Assembly: GCF_001194135.2 (NCBI RefSeq)
Contig: NC_068982.1
Location: 31,049,275 to 31,113,274 of the forward strand
From: Octopus bimaculoides
Lineage: Eukaryota
Direction: 5' to 3'
Length of the DNA: 64,000 bases
In this document: one piece after another, positions 50,590-63,912 of the stretch
Numbering within the stretch: position 1 is the stretch's first letter
How the letters are laid out: every line of letters begins with the position of its first letter
Position numbers and translations under genes: made by a program
The notes under the pieces: model-generated
What the model was told of the DNA's origin: nothing
Databases searched by the model: none
What the model saw: only the letters and a program-made list of their open reading frames with translations

Positions 50590-51704
50590 ATATTCAGTTG
50601 GATTAGGTACGTAATCTGCTGACTTACAATAAGATGCAGCGCCCAAGGGCAGACGCAGATCGTCTTTACCTACCCAGAGCTCAAGGAGGTAGAGTCTTGA
50701 TCCAATTTGAAATCTCCTACAAAACCACCACAATTGGACTGGTAAGATATATTGAAACATCTCACGACTGGATGCTAAAGCTCGTTGAAAAGCATAAAAG
50801 ACGTAAGAAACTTCATTCTATTATGAAGGAGAGCAAAAACTTTTCAAGCGAGTTTATGCATAATACCCAGGTTGAACAACATGAGGGAAGTGTAGCAATT
50901 GCAGTTGCAAAGAAGGTGAAATCAATAGCAAAGCAAAATGAACTTGAACAATTGGCTAATAGGTAGGAACAAATACCTTTGCACGGCAAATGTGTGGCCC
51001 GTATCAAACTAGCTGTTGTAGACCAGAAGCACATCCGTCAGTGGTTACGGAGCTCAGGGCTAAAGCCCGAGAGTAAAGGCTTTATTTTGGCTGCCCAAGA
51101 TCAGAGCATTTTCACTCGGAACTATGAAGTCAATGCGATGAAAAATGGTGTAAACCCAAAGTGCCGATACTGCAACGGTAGGATACAAATACTCGACCAC
51201 CTAATCTCTGAATATAAGGTTTAGCACCTGTAGAGCACCAATCAGGACATCTACATTGGAAAATGTGTCGACATTATAAAATCAAAACTGCTGACAAATG
51301 GTACAAGCACCACACTGAGGCTGTAACTGAGGGAGAAAATGTAACTATTCTTTGGGACTTCCCAGTATGTACAGACCGGACCATTAAGGCAAATAAACCA
51401 GATATTGTTGTGAAAGACCAAACCAATAAAGTCTGTGTATTAATTGACATAAGCATACCCTGTGACCATACCTGGGCAAAAGAATTTGATAAGCCCAGAA
51501 ACTATAAAGATTTGCTAATCGAAATCGAAAAGATGTGGCATCTGAAGACAGTTACAATATCAGTTATCATAGGAGCACTTGGAATGATCAAAAATGAACT
51601 GAAATTATTTAAGAATGATCCCTGGCTTACCATCAATGCAGGAAGTGCAAAATATTGCCTTCACTCGTACGTCACACGTATTGTGAAGAGCATTGTCGCT
51701 GTGA
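50590..51704 (+). mobile_element. R4/Dong-clade retrotransposon 3' half (post-RT region, zinc knuckle, restriction-like endonuclease), disabled
   Basis: RADADRLYLPRAQGGR; LHGK; SSGLKPESKGFILAAQDQS; CRYC...DHL knuckle; ILWDF...TDRTIKANKPDIVVKD...LIDISIP (PD-(D/E)xK RLE); KYKDL..EIEKMW...VIIGALG. Stops and frameshifts are present. Confidence 0.92.
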
Positions 51705-51952
51705 AGTTGCTGTCTTTTTTCTCTCTTTATTTTAGTTGTTTACTTTTCTATTATTTATTTTTTCATTTTCTCTCTGTCTTCCCCTTTTTCTCTATCACAT
51801 GTCTCTGTAAATGATCAATCTGGTGTGTTTGTTTTAATGGCCTACCAATGTTTACAGTACGTTTCACTGTCTTAGGTGTCAGGAAGACATTCGATAACAA
51901 ATGGAAACAGAATTGAAAGAAGATGCTACTGAAAATAATAATAATAATGATT

Positions 51953-51996
<44 letters not shown>

Positions 51997-52483
51997 ATAC
52001 AAAAGATGTGTCATCTTAAAACTAGAACTGTTCCTGTTATTGTAATGAATGGCCGGTGGCTGGGAGGAAGAGAAAAAAGAAAATTACTCGTCTCGCCCCT
52101 CACGAACCAAAAAGCTAAAGATTACAAGATTTTACAAACAAGAACTCACATGAACATTTAACAGAAACAAACGAAATGAATAAAAAAGACTCCCAAAACA
52201 CAAAACAAAACTAAGGTAACTTCACCAAGCAAAATGAAAAATGTTCGATGATGTTGTCTGAGTCGTGGGACACGGTTGACCATCATTTCATCTTTTCATT
52301 TATTAATCATACATTCACTCATTCGATTTTTACTTTCTTCGGCTCCACATGTAATGTTCTGTATCGTCTCATCTATGTGTGGCCAATAAATTAAATAGTT
52401 CGTAGTAGGCGCTCTCTACTTGCTTTGCTAAGTATACTGCATACCGAAGCGGGTGTTATAACAATCCAACATTTTAAGGATAA

Positions 52484-52610
<127 letters not shown>

Positions 52611-54292
52611 TTTGGCAAAAGGCCACGAGATTGGCCTCAGTAAATTTCCATAAAAGGCAAAACGAATGACGAGAAATTGACTGCATCGTCAGAAAAGGTA
52701 TGAACGGTTTCATGAACATGGTTCAACTATTCAGTATCGGCAGATATGTAACCAATAGAGCGGTACACATGGAAGTAGGGTCAAATTCTTGCGAAAACGT
52801 TTTGGCGACGTATCTGAAAGCTTTTCTAAAAGTTATATAAAGATTGGATATTACACTCCAAGTGAGCATGACCTCAGATGCTACAAAGAACGCTGATTTA
52901 TTATAAGTGTTCTCCCTTTCCTACTTGTTCTGTCTATAACAACTATGAACACTAATCATACCAGCTAAAATATTATGTCTATTTTATGCAGTGAATTTTA
53001 TGCTTTACATTATCATAACACGATAACATGTATGTTCTTTAAATTATGGAAACGTATACTATCATTGTAGTCATAATCAAGTTAACACGAAAGCTACGAG
53101 CCTAACTTTCCATTTTGTGTATCACCGATTATGATTTGATGACCACCACTAAAATAAACATCAATGCAGTCTGTAATATGTTTCATGCAAAGTGGGTGAA
53201 AGTGTTATAAAACAAACCTTTATAGTTGGGTGAAATTAGAATAACTAACTTCATAGTAACGGTCACATCAGGAGCTTTAAAACTGAGTTTGTACGGAAAA
53301 GTTAACGGGAAAATGATTTTTTTTAAAATACAATGTGGCTTCCTCTAAACCAAAGATTTCTCTTTATCAGGAGATACCTACGAAAAATAATGTATACAAT
53401 AATCAGATCTGAATTAGAAGTTCTAGAACTAAATGGAAAACTAAATAATACTTGCGCTAGATAAAAATTCACTTATAAACAACATTTTCCATATTGGTTG
53501 TTTTCAGAATAACTCTAGAAATAAATACAGAAGAGATGCAGAAATTTCAAATAAGTCTACGTTGTTAAACTCTGAGTAAAAAAAACATTATTACAAAATA
53601 CAAAATAGCAAAACTGGAGATTAGGGTGATAATGATGTAAATACTGTTAAAGAAGCATAACGGGAAATCTTGAGTAGTTAAGTAAAAAAGATATATGTAT
53701 ATATGTATATATATACANNNNNNNNNNNNNNNNNNNNNNNNNNNNNNNNNNNNNNNNNNNNNNNNNNNNNNNNNNNNNNNNNNNNNNNNNNNNNNNNNNN
53801 NNNNNNNNNNNNNNNNNNNNNNNNNNNNNNNNNNNNNNNNNNNNNNNNNNNNNNNNNNNNNNNNNNNNNNNNNNNNNNNNNNNNNNNNNNNNNNNNNNNN
53901 NNNNNNNNNNNNNNNNNNNNNNNNNNNNNNNNNNNNNNNNNNNNNNNNNNNNNNNNNNNNNNNNNNNNNNNNNNNNNNNNNNNNNNNNNNNNNNNNNNNN
54001 NNNNNNNNNNNNNNNNNNNNNNNNNNNNNNNNNNNNNNNNNNNNNNNNNNNNNNNNNNNNNNNNNNNNNNNNNNNNNNNNNNNNNNNNNNNNNNNNNNNN
54101 NNNNNNNNNNNNNNNNNNNNNNNNNNNNNNNNNNNNNNNNNNNNNNNNNNNNNNNNNNNNNNNNNNNNNNNNNNNNNNNNNNNNNNNNNNNNNNNNNNNN
54201 NNNNNNNNNNNNNNNNNNNNNNNNNNNNNNNNNNNNNNNNNNNNNNNNNNNNNNNNNNNNNNNNNNNNNNNNNNNNTATATATATATACACT

Positions 54293-54334
<42 letters not shown>

Positions 54335-54862
54335 TGAGATACTGATCGATAGATAATCAATAGTATATGGCAGCGAGACAAAAGAAAAATTTAAATAGTA
54401 ACATTTATAAGGTTATTTTTATATTTCAGGTACAACGAATATTGCATATTCACATGTATTCTGAATACACACATCCATTTTGCTTTGTTATCAGATTTTT
54501 TGGGGACAATGTAAGGCATACCACATGCCAAGCATTGGTTCACTACATTTTGATGGCTAAATTCACATGGAACTGTCTGTTCAACGCTGTCTATCACAAG
54601 ATATTTTCGTTTGAATTCATCGACTTTCTCGTCAACGCGTACAGTTTTTTGACGTCACATAATTGTATATATTGAAGATATATACAAATTCTCACGCACA
54701 GTTCCTATCTACAAAATAATTTCAGTCAAAAAGCATTACTCCAAACAATGGTATGATAAAGCACAGTATCTCGACATTATGTGCAGTAGAACGCACGACG
54801 AATCACGTAGTAATGAAGGAAACTACCAAATCACACAGCTATAGTAAGTAGATTTGGAGGGA

Positions 54863-55050
54863 AGGCGCGTGGCTTAGTGTGTTACACTCACGATCCTGAG
54901 ATTGTGGGTTGTATTCCTGGACTAGTTTATGCGCTGTGTTCTTGAGTTCTTGAGTTCTTCAGCTCGCAAAAGCGAGTAATCCTGCGACGGATCGGATCCC
55001 CATCTAGGAGGTGTTAAATACGCCACAGAATATGGAAAAACGAAATTACG
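54863..55050 (+). mobile_element. Diverged tRNA-derived SINE
   Basis: GGCGCGTGGCTTAGTG (A box), GGGTTGTATTCC (decayed B box) and TGTGTTCTTGAG (CORE-like). Confidence 0.55.
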
Positions 55051-55264
55051 AGCTTATGGCTAGAGAAAGTTATTTAAAGGCGTTTTTTTTTTTGAGTGAA
55101 CATATTTAATGCAGGGAGCATTATATAGATAAGTAAATATAATTCAGAGATAATAAATAACAGTTACTAGACGTGTATTGAGTATATTAATTATTTAATT
55201 GATCAATTACTCAGAAGCATATTTATAAACGTTGTGAGTAAAGAATCACTCTGGATTTGTCATG

Positions 55265-55323
<59 letters not shown>

Positions 55324-56989
55324 GTGTGTGTGTACATTATGTGCTAATATATATGTTTGTCTGTGTTTGTATGTGGGGAGTGTATGTGTGCGTGTGAAAT
55401 TGTATTTGTGTGTTCCCTTTTAGTGCGTTTTCATTATTTCCATTCCCACTTCGGTTTTCATTATCACACACACACACACACACACACACATATGCATACA
55501 CAAACACACACAGCAGTAGCAACATAAATGTAGATAAAGAGTTATATGTTGGTGGTTGACAAGGTAAGTGCATGGAGTGTTCACAGATGGATAGATAACG
55601 TTTTGTCTGAGGGTAGTCTACAAAATTTACGAATGGACTTCAAGAAAGCAAAGTTTAATACAAGCTAGAATTAACTATCATGGCGTCTATAAGTATTCCC
55701 ATAAATCTTTATAGACGTTGGATCAATTTGGCATGAATTTCAACGATTGTTGTTTGTATTCCAGTTCTTCAATAAACGGTAATGTGTCCATAAATTATAG
55801 CGTTAAGGAACTAAAAATTCAAGAAAGAGGTATACATTTAAAATATTATTCATCCGGTAGACTTGACCTGTATTGTGTAATGTATTTGGATCGGGGAATT
55901 GCTGGTACAGTGTAGTCTGAAACTTCGGCACTCCTAATATCGCTTTCATAAAATGTGTCCTTGGAGATTACGACAGGAAATTATATGACCCAGGTATCGT
56001 ATCATTTAATTGAAAATGGTAGCCTTAACTATTCAAAATGCACTTTGGTTGAACGATCAGTGACATATATATGACATGGCAATTTAAGAAGTCTAAGGCA
56101 AAATGGTGAAAGGAAATATTGCATTTTAAAAGGTTTTAAAATAGAAAATGGGTGATGAGATACAAACTGTATAAAAATATTGATGAGTAAGGTTCTAGAA
56201 TCAAGCCCATTTAATATATTAAAGACAGGTTTATAGTCTAAATTTTCTTCTTTGTACAACATTGAATGGGTCAACTTATAAACGACTACGCAATCATCCA
56301 TTCTGTAAGAAATAGCAGCCAAATTTCCGTTAAATCAAATCCCCACCGTATCATGTTGGGACAAACTACAGATAACGTAGTACTGCATACAGCTAACAAA
56401 AATTCTAGATTTTCATGGCTTAATTGTATTTAACCAGAGGATTGCTTAACCAAGTCTGACCGAGGGTTAAAACAGAAATAACAATAACAAAATAATAGGA
56501 TAAATATTTTCTCTCTCAATATCATAAAATTAAGACTTTCTTAAATAAAAAGAAAAAGATACCTAGCAAAAAAACTGATACAAAAAATTTCTAGTGGACC
56601 GTATAAAATGAATCAAAGAATATTCTTAAAGAACTTGCCTCAACAACTTTTCTTTTACCTTTCAGACCAAATGCACCCCAAAATGCAACACTTGTCTCTC
56701 TTCAGTGATATAATAAATTGAAAGATGATAAGGAAAATAATATAAAAACTAAAACAAGGAGCTAGTATACTGAACGTAGTGAATCCAAACAAAAGTCGTT
56801 ATTCTTATTATCATGAATAATATATCTTCTCATTGCGAGTGCAAATTTCTTTGATAAAAATATCTCTTTGATTCACTACATTTGATATGTTAGCTCGCAT
56901 TTAACTACGCGTTCTTTATGCAAAGAAGGCACTCTTATAAATTTTTCTGCTATTTAAGAACGGAGCTGTCTGATTGGGATGCAATACAC

Positions 56990-57110
56990 TTAACGACTGA
57001 TACACATATTGAGATATTAGGAGAAGGAGTATTTACTTGTTTGCTCGACTTCTAGAAACAGCAACCATTTCTTTTCTCTATTCACAAAGAAGGACATTAA
57101 AGTACATGAT
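56990..57110 (+). repeat. Old dispersed repeat fragment (CTAGAAAYAGCARCCAAAT motif family)
   Basis: TTGTTTGCTCGACTTCTAGAAACAGCAACC resembles segments at ~17590, ~43660, ~46975 and ~56303. The similarity is weak and judged by eye. Confidence 0.4.
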
Positions 57111-58859
57111 CCTCAGTACNNNNNNNNNNAAAAAAAAAAATCCCCCCAAAAAACAAAAAGAACAGAACAGTCAATAGATAATCTTTTGAGCATAAGCCTG
57201 TTCAAAGAAAACTGAGTCGCAGTGTTATTCACAGTGGACTATACGGGTCATAAACAAGAGGCATACACTTTGTATTTGGTCACGGTGACGTTTGTATATT
57301 TAGAAATTATGGTTTGCTTTTTGATCACTCTTGAAATTTGCTTTCTTTTTACCCTCGACACATAACTGATGTATTGAAAAAAATCAATAAAAATGTTTAA
57401 GAAAGTACAAATATAACTTTCTGTTGCTTAGCTTACAATGAAAGGATGAAGGAGAGGTCGATTGCATTGAGTGTAAATTACTATGTAAATTGCAGTTAGA
57501 TACAGTATGTATTTTAAATTTGTCAAACGTCATCACTTGGCCAAATCATCTATAATCAACTGAGACGTTACACTTAAAATATTGATTCAGATTACTTCAG
57601 GTGATGTGGATGAAATATGCAGTAAAAAATAATTTCCTAACTAGAATGAAAACGTCGTGGCAGATATTTTACATGGGCATAGAAATAGTTTTTAGGGTCT
57701 TAAACTTAATCATGACGTACAGAGCATGCACATTTTTGAAGTTTCAACAATTAATTCTATTGAAGCTAATATTTTTAATGATATTATTTCATAGTCATTT
57801 TGTAATAATGGGAAACTAATTTTACATTGCTACTCAAGGAAGTATGGTGAATATATATGGACAATAACTTCGATCGACTATTTACGCTATGGGATCCACT
57901 AGGCAACGTATAACCGTTCAAGTCATCATTAAGTGGACCAAATTTTAAAAAATAACACAGTGTAAAATTAAGTGTTTTCCAATTAACAGAAGATAAGTTC
58001 CTTCTTTTTTTTTCTACTGAAGTTATATGTTCAAGTGTGTGAATTAATTAAATCAAATTCTCCAAGGACAATACTCTGATCTTGTGGAAAGTTGTCAAAA
58101 AGAAAAAAAAAAAATTAATGGCTCTATGAATAAATTGCTTTACTGGCAGAAGCAATTTGCACACTTTAAAAAAAGTAAGCCATTAGAGAATTGTATTTAA
58201 GACTGCTGAGAATATACGAATGGCTTGATTCAAAATTTCAAAATCCAATTTTAAGGCGTTCTAAGTATGAAAATACATTACCGTTTTTTTGGTGGGCATT
58301 CTATTATTAAGCTATCGACCAAATGATGGTAGCGACCCATAATTGTGGAGTAACTATGGGATTATAAAAAAGGAAAAAATGCAAAATGCGAGAACATCTA
58401 AAAATTTAAGGAGTATTGAAATTTATACTAATTGCTGACAGAAACCAATAAATTTTAAAGCTGGTTAAATGATCCACAATCTTCCTTTCTAAACGCATGC
58501 CTTGGGGAAGCAGAGATTTTTTTCTACTGCCAGCGATATATTCAAAAGAAAAAAATATACTAAGTGTTAATAAAGTTGAGACAATCCAACCGAAATTAAT
58601 CAGTCATTGAAAATCAATTATGAATTATTGAATGCAGAGAAAGCTTGAAAAAATTTATATTTGGAGAATGATATTTGATTATCTGTAGTCGACATTGACC
58701 AGACGTCGGGTGGAGAAAAAATATTGTTTGGAATAAGAGGAAAATGATAGTGATGTCACAGAGCTAATAAACTGAGTTTATGACATTAGCAAACCCTAGA
58801 AACCTGACAACTACTACTAAACACCACTACTACCACTATAACAATCCACTCCGCCGCCC

Positions 58860-58861
<2 letters not shown>

Positions 58862-58934
<73 letters not shown>

Positions 58935-58955
58935 TTACTACTACTACTACTACTA
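58862..58955. repeat. (TAC)n microsatellite
   Basis: Directly visible. Confidence 0.95.
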
Positions 58956-59880
58956 GTTGTAGTAGTTGCAGTTGATATGTTTTATGCATATATATATTGA
59001 TAGGAAGGACAGCAAAAGAAAGAGACCATGATATTATGTAAATAGAGGAATTTATCTGTAAAAATATGTGACACTTATTCGGTAGCCATGATAAAACTCA
59101 GAGTTTCGGATGCCGGGGTGGGAGCCCACGCCAACATCTCTTNNNNNNNNNNNNNNNNNNNNNNNNNNNNNNNNNNNNNNNNNNNNNNNNNNNNNNNNNN
59201 NNNNNNNNNNNNNNNNNNNNNNNNNNNNNNNNNNNNNNNNNNNNNNNNNNNNNNNNNNNNNNNNNNNNNNNNNNNNNNNNNNNNNNNNNNNNNNNNNNNN
59301 NNNNNNNNNNNNNNNNNNNNNNNNNNNNNNNNNNNNNNNNNNNNNNNNNNNNNNNNNNNNNNNNNNNNNNNNNNNNNNNNNNNNNNNNNNNNNNNNNNNN
59401 NNNNNNNNNNNNNNNNNNNNNNNNNNNNNNNNNNNNNNNNNNNNNNNNNNNNNNNNNNNNNNNNNNNNNNNNNNNNNNNNNNNNNNNNNNNNNNNNNNNN
59501 NNNNNNNNNNNNNNNNNNNNNNNNNNNNNNNNNNNNNNNNNNNNNNNNNNNNNNNNNNNNNNNNNNNNNNNNNNNNNNNNNNNNNNNNNNNNNNNNNNNN
59601 NNNNNNNNNNNNNNNNNNNNNNNNNNNNNNNNNNNNNNNNNNNNNNNNNNNNNNNNNNNNNNNNNNNNNNNNNNNNNNNNNNNNNNNNNNNNNNNNNNNN
59701 NNNNNNNNNNNNNNNNNNNNNNNNNNNNNNNNNNNNNNNNNNNNNNNNNNNNNNNNNNNNNNNNNNNNNNNNNNNNNNNNNNNNNNNNNNNNNNNNNNNN
59801 NNNNNNNNNNNNNNNNNNNNNNNNNNNNNNNNNNNNNNNNNNNNNNNNNNNNNNNNNNNTATATATATATATATATATAT

Positions 59881-60045
59881 GTTACGGTCTTGAAAGCAGC
59901 TGTCCTAGTCCGATCACCGAAGTTAAGCAACGTCGAGCCTAGTGAGTACTTAGATGGGTTACTGCATAGGAAACCTAAGTGCTGTAAGCATGTCACACTT
60001 GCCTTGGCGGCGTCCTAGCATGGCTTTAGGACTGAAACGTATAAA
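59881..60045 (+). mobile_element. 5S rRNA-derived SINE (SINE3-like), or a 5S pseudogene fused to a SINE tail
   Basis: GTCCGATCACCGAAGTTAAGCAACGTCGAGCC..GT.AGTACTT.GATGGGT.AC...GGAA...GTGCTGTA matches invertebrate 5S rRNA, including box A and box C. No T-run follows. The tail GGCGGCGTCCTAGCATGGC...GACTGAAAC resembles the family A tail. Confidence 0.8.
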
Positions 60046-60815
60046 ATATTTTATATATATGTATATATGTATGCATGTATGTATGTATGTATATATATAT
60101 ATATATAGTAGAATAAGAAATAGAAATCGTTGGCACAGTATCCTATATCTGAAAACATGAATAGTTATGTCTTAAAGTGGAAAAATTATGAGGAAACCCA
60201 TTTTTATTAATTAAAAAAAAAAATTATATATATATATATATATGTATGTATATAATTTCTTTATTTGTGAATTAAGGCTATCATTCGCTTCATGCCTTAC
60301 TAAAAGTACTTAATACTACCACACGCCTTTGGATACTAACCTATCAACATTAACTTCCCCTATTCAATTCTCTCTATTCAATTTCATACTATCGTCTCCC
60401 CCTACAATACCAACTCGAATTCATTATCCCATTAAGTACTGTTATATAAACCATGAACTCAACCCCTCTCTACATACCTTAGTAATCTCTCTCAGCCACG
60501 GAAGTTTTACCTTACTTCCTTCAAAAAATGTCATTCCGTTTTCTGAAACATTAATTCTATAGCTTCATACAAAACTAATACAAGATTACAAATCACATGA
60601 TACTTACTCCAGCCTCCTCTCATCCTCCTATATCCACCTCAACTACTACTACTCCCTGCTAGCCTCTTTGCTAACACCCATTCTTGAACTATCTTTTCTC
60701 ACCATTCCCTATCTTACCCCCCCCCCAGCTTCCCCCTCTATTATACTTTGCTCTCTACATTCAATCAGTCCATCTATGAATATTTCTCCTATAACATCTT
60801 AAATGTAAGATCTCT

Positions 60816-60898
60816 TCCTTGAAGACGGAATTTTGTCTCATCCTATGATAGAATCAACATTATTATGGGGCGCCAAACCGCCAGAAACAGCTGTTGGA
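60816..60898 (+). ncRNA. Degenerate hammerhead motif
   Basis: UCC-UUGAAGA-CGG...CGCCA-GAAACAGCUGU-U-GGA: perfect palindromic stem III ACAGCUGU and a 3-bp stem I, but with a C3->U change and a broken stem II. Confidence 0.4.
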
Positions 60899-62291
60899 TT
60901 TGTAATACTTTTCCTGCACCCCTTTAATTCTCCATATCATTTCTAATCTGTGTAAAGTGAACCTTTTTATATGTATACATATATACATTTTTTGTATTTC
61001 ATATATTTAATACACTTTATATATTGATCTGTCTTATTCGCTTATTCCTACATCCGTGTTGTACGTTTATCTAATGTACATTTATCTAATGTTCTTCTTA
61101 CAGGTAAGATGAAATTTTGTATGCTCGCTACTCGTAAATCTCTTTGCCAGTATATATACAGTGAGGCTTTACTATAGCGCCGTATATTATCGACTGCCAT
61201 TTCCAGTAAATATTGTTGCTTTGTTGGACCGCTATTCTATATTTATACTTTAACCTTGTGGTACTTTGTTTTACTGGATAGCAATACTATTCAACTGCAC
61301 TATTTAATCATTTTTTCTTTGGAAAACTTTTTCACTGTTCTCGGTTCTGTTAACAGCTTAGGTGTTCAGGCGAGTATACTGGCTCTGAAGTAGCAACATT
61401 CAGAATTTTGTCTCGGTGAATCTCGCTAAGGAGAACTAATCAAATTTACGTTAACAAACGTATTTTGGAGAGTTCGAAACCTAGGTAGTAGATTATCTGC
61501 ATGTGAGTTGTACGTTCTTCTTACATGTAAGACGAAAAATTTTTTATGTCCCCCCACAATCCTTGACAGTATATACACAGTGAAGTTTTATTATAGCGTC
61601 GTATATTATCGACTGCTATTGGCAGTATATAGCGGTGCATTGTTGCACCACTATTTTATATTCATATTTTTTTGTTACCCTATAATTTATTAATAATGAT
61701 AAAATTCTTTTTCAATAATTTTCTGAAAGAATTTCGGCATTTTTGTATTTGCTGCCGATTAGGTAAACCGCAAATACGCGGTATATTTTGAAAAATTAGA
61801 CATAGGAACACGAACCATGCTGCTTATTGACTCGTGCTTCATATGTTGTCTGGTCATTTCTGCTGATGATAGTCCGACCTTGTTAAGATATATAATTTTT
61901 ATCTTACTAAAATTGACTTGAAACCATGGTACAGAATATAGATTGGTAAAAGTTTTTATTTTTCATTTCCTTTCGAAATTATCCCTAATTTTTGTGGTAT
62001 ATAGTCTTTTGCTGCTATTTCTAGCGAGTAGATGTCCTATTATAGGCATCTCTGCATTTTAAATANNNNNNNNNNNNNNNNNNNNNNNNNNNNNNNNNNN
62101 NNNNNNNNNNNNNNNNNNNNNNNNNNNNNNNNNNNNNNNNNNNNNNNNNNNNNNNNNNNNNNNNNNNNNNNNNNNNNNNNNNNNNNNNNNNNNNNNNNNN
62201 NNNNNNNNNNNNNNNNNNNNNNNNNNNNNNNNNNNNNNNNNNNNNNNNNNNNNNNNNNNNNNNNNNNNNNNNNNNNNNNNNNNNNNNNNNG

Positions 62292-62712
62292 GTACTTATT
62301 TTATCTAACTCTGGTTCAAGGCCAGCAATTTTTGAGGGGAGGACTAAGTTGATTACATCGCCTGAAGTACTTCACTGATATTTATTTTATCGACCCTGAA
62401 AAGATGAAACGGAAAGTCAACCATAGAGTAATTTGAACTCACAGTAAATATGGACAAAATGCATTTTGCCCAGAGTGTTAACTCATGATTCATTTTTTTT
62501 TTTACCATAGGCACAAAGTCTGAAATTTGGTGGGAGGGTGACAAGTTGATTTCATCGACTCTAGTGCGTATCTGGTACTTAATTTATCGACCCCGAAAGG
62601 ATGAAAGGCAAAGTCGACCTAGGCGGGATTTGAACTCAGAACGTAAAGATAGATGAAATACTGCTAAGCATTTCGCCTGGTGTGCTAACGTTTCTGTCAG
62701 CGCGCCGCCTTA
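62292..62712 (-). mobile_element. Two tandem SINE family B copies (62292-62470 diverged; 62505-62712 near full-length)
   Basis: GGATGAAAGGCAAAGTCGACCTAGGCGGGATTTGAACTCAGAACG...GCGCGCCGCCTT; the upstream copy has GATGAAACGGAAAGTCAACC...TTTGAACTC. Confidence 0.85.
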
Positions 62713-63273
62713 GGTGCATATAAATATTGATACGGGAAGGGGCGTGAAAGAAATGTGGTGTCGGAGGAAGAAGAGACGAAAGTATAGAAGAAAAGATAGA
62801 AAGAATGATAGTGTGTATTAGTGCCGAGTACATTGAATGTTAGAAGTGATAGAGAAATGCGTGGAGAGAAAAAAATAATTATATTTAATCATGATGTTCG
62901 AAAGATTGTTTAGGTTGCTGGTATACTGAATAATTTTAAATAGAGAAATGATAGTTCGGTGCAAAGAAATAAAAGGTAAAGAAAAAAGAAAAGTAGAAAA
63001 CGAATGAATAGTGATGGGAAATTGAAGATGATAACTAACATGAATATTTTGCGATGGAATGCATATCTCTACATTTAAACACAATACGTAATTGTTCAAA
63101 ATTTTCCTGCCAGGATATAAGCACATGTTGCAGAGACTTACAGGTGCATATCTACAGATTCACACATATAACGCGCGCGCGCACACACACACACACACAC
63201 ATACATACATACACACACAAACACACAAACAGACACGCACCGTGACAGAGACACACGTACGCATACAGAGATA

Positions 63274-63316
<43 letters not shown>

Positions 63317-63912
63317 ACACACATATATATATATATATATCCCGTTAAATCAGTTAATATGGATCATAAATTCAAACTCACGCACACATATAGCCTAATG
63401 AGGTGTACTATCATTTTCCTATACACTTCAACTTGTAGAAAATGAAATTCGTGACATTTTCACAAAACTGTATATATTATCTCTATATACGGAATTGTCT
63501 AACAAATATATGCGTACACACGTGCGCGCACATATATGTTAAAATTTATGTTGTGTGAAAGAAATTAACTACACCAATATGAACAAGATACATGGTAGTA
63601 GCAGTAGTGCCAAACATTTGGTGCGGTTCGCACTATGAAACGTACCAGCACCAAATAAGACAGTGGAAGCATTTAAAAGTAAAATATACATGTCCTTTGA
63701 CAAATCAAAACATTTATATTGCAAAATCGATAGCTTCTATTACATCATACCTATCTCTTACTGCAGAATCACAAATTATGAAAAGTTTTGAAACTTCTAC
63801 AATTTCATTCACAAGGAAGAGAATCGGACGGTAATTTGTAGGGTGATGTCTGTGACAGTCTTGTTTCTACTCTAAATCTATCTAGTTAGAAGTAAATATT
63901 ATAACGGAATGT

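Noticed and set aside
56666-56720. Strong polypyrimidine acceptor followed by TKCTPKCNTCL or PNAPQNATL
   Set aside because: All frames stop within about 20 codons, and there is no donor or other support.
59881-59990. Functional 5S rRNA gene
   Set aside because: It has a 5' deletion and multiple substitutions, lacks an oligo-T terminator, and is a lone copy rather than part of an array.
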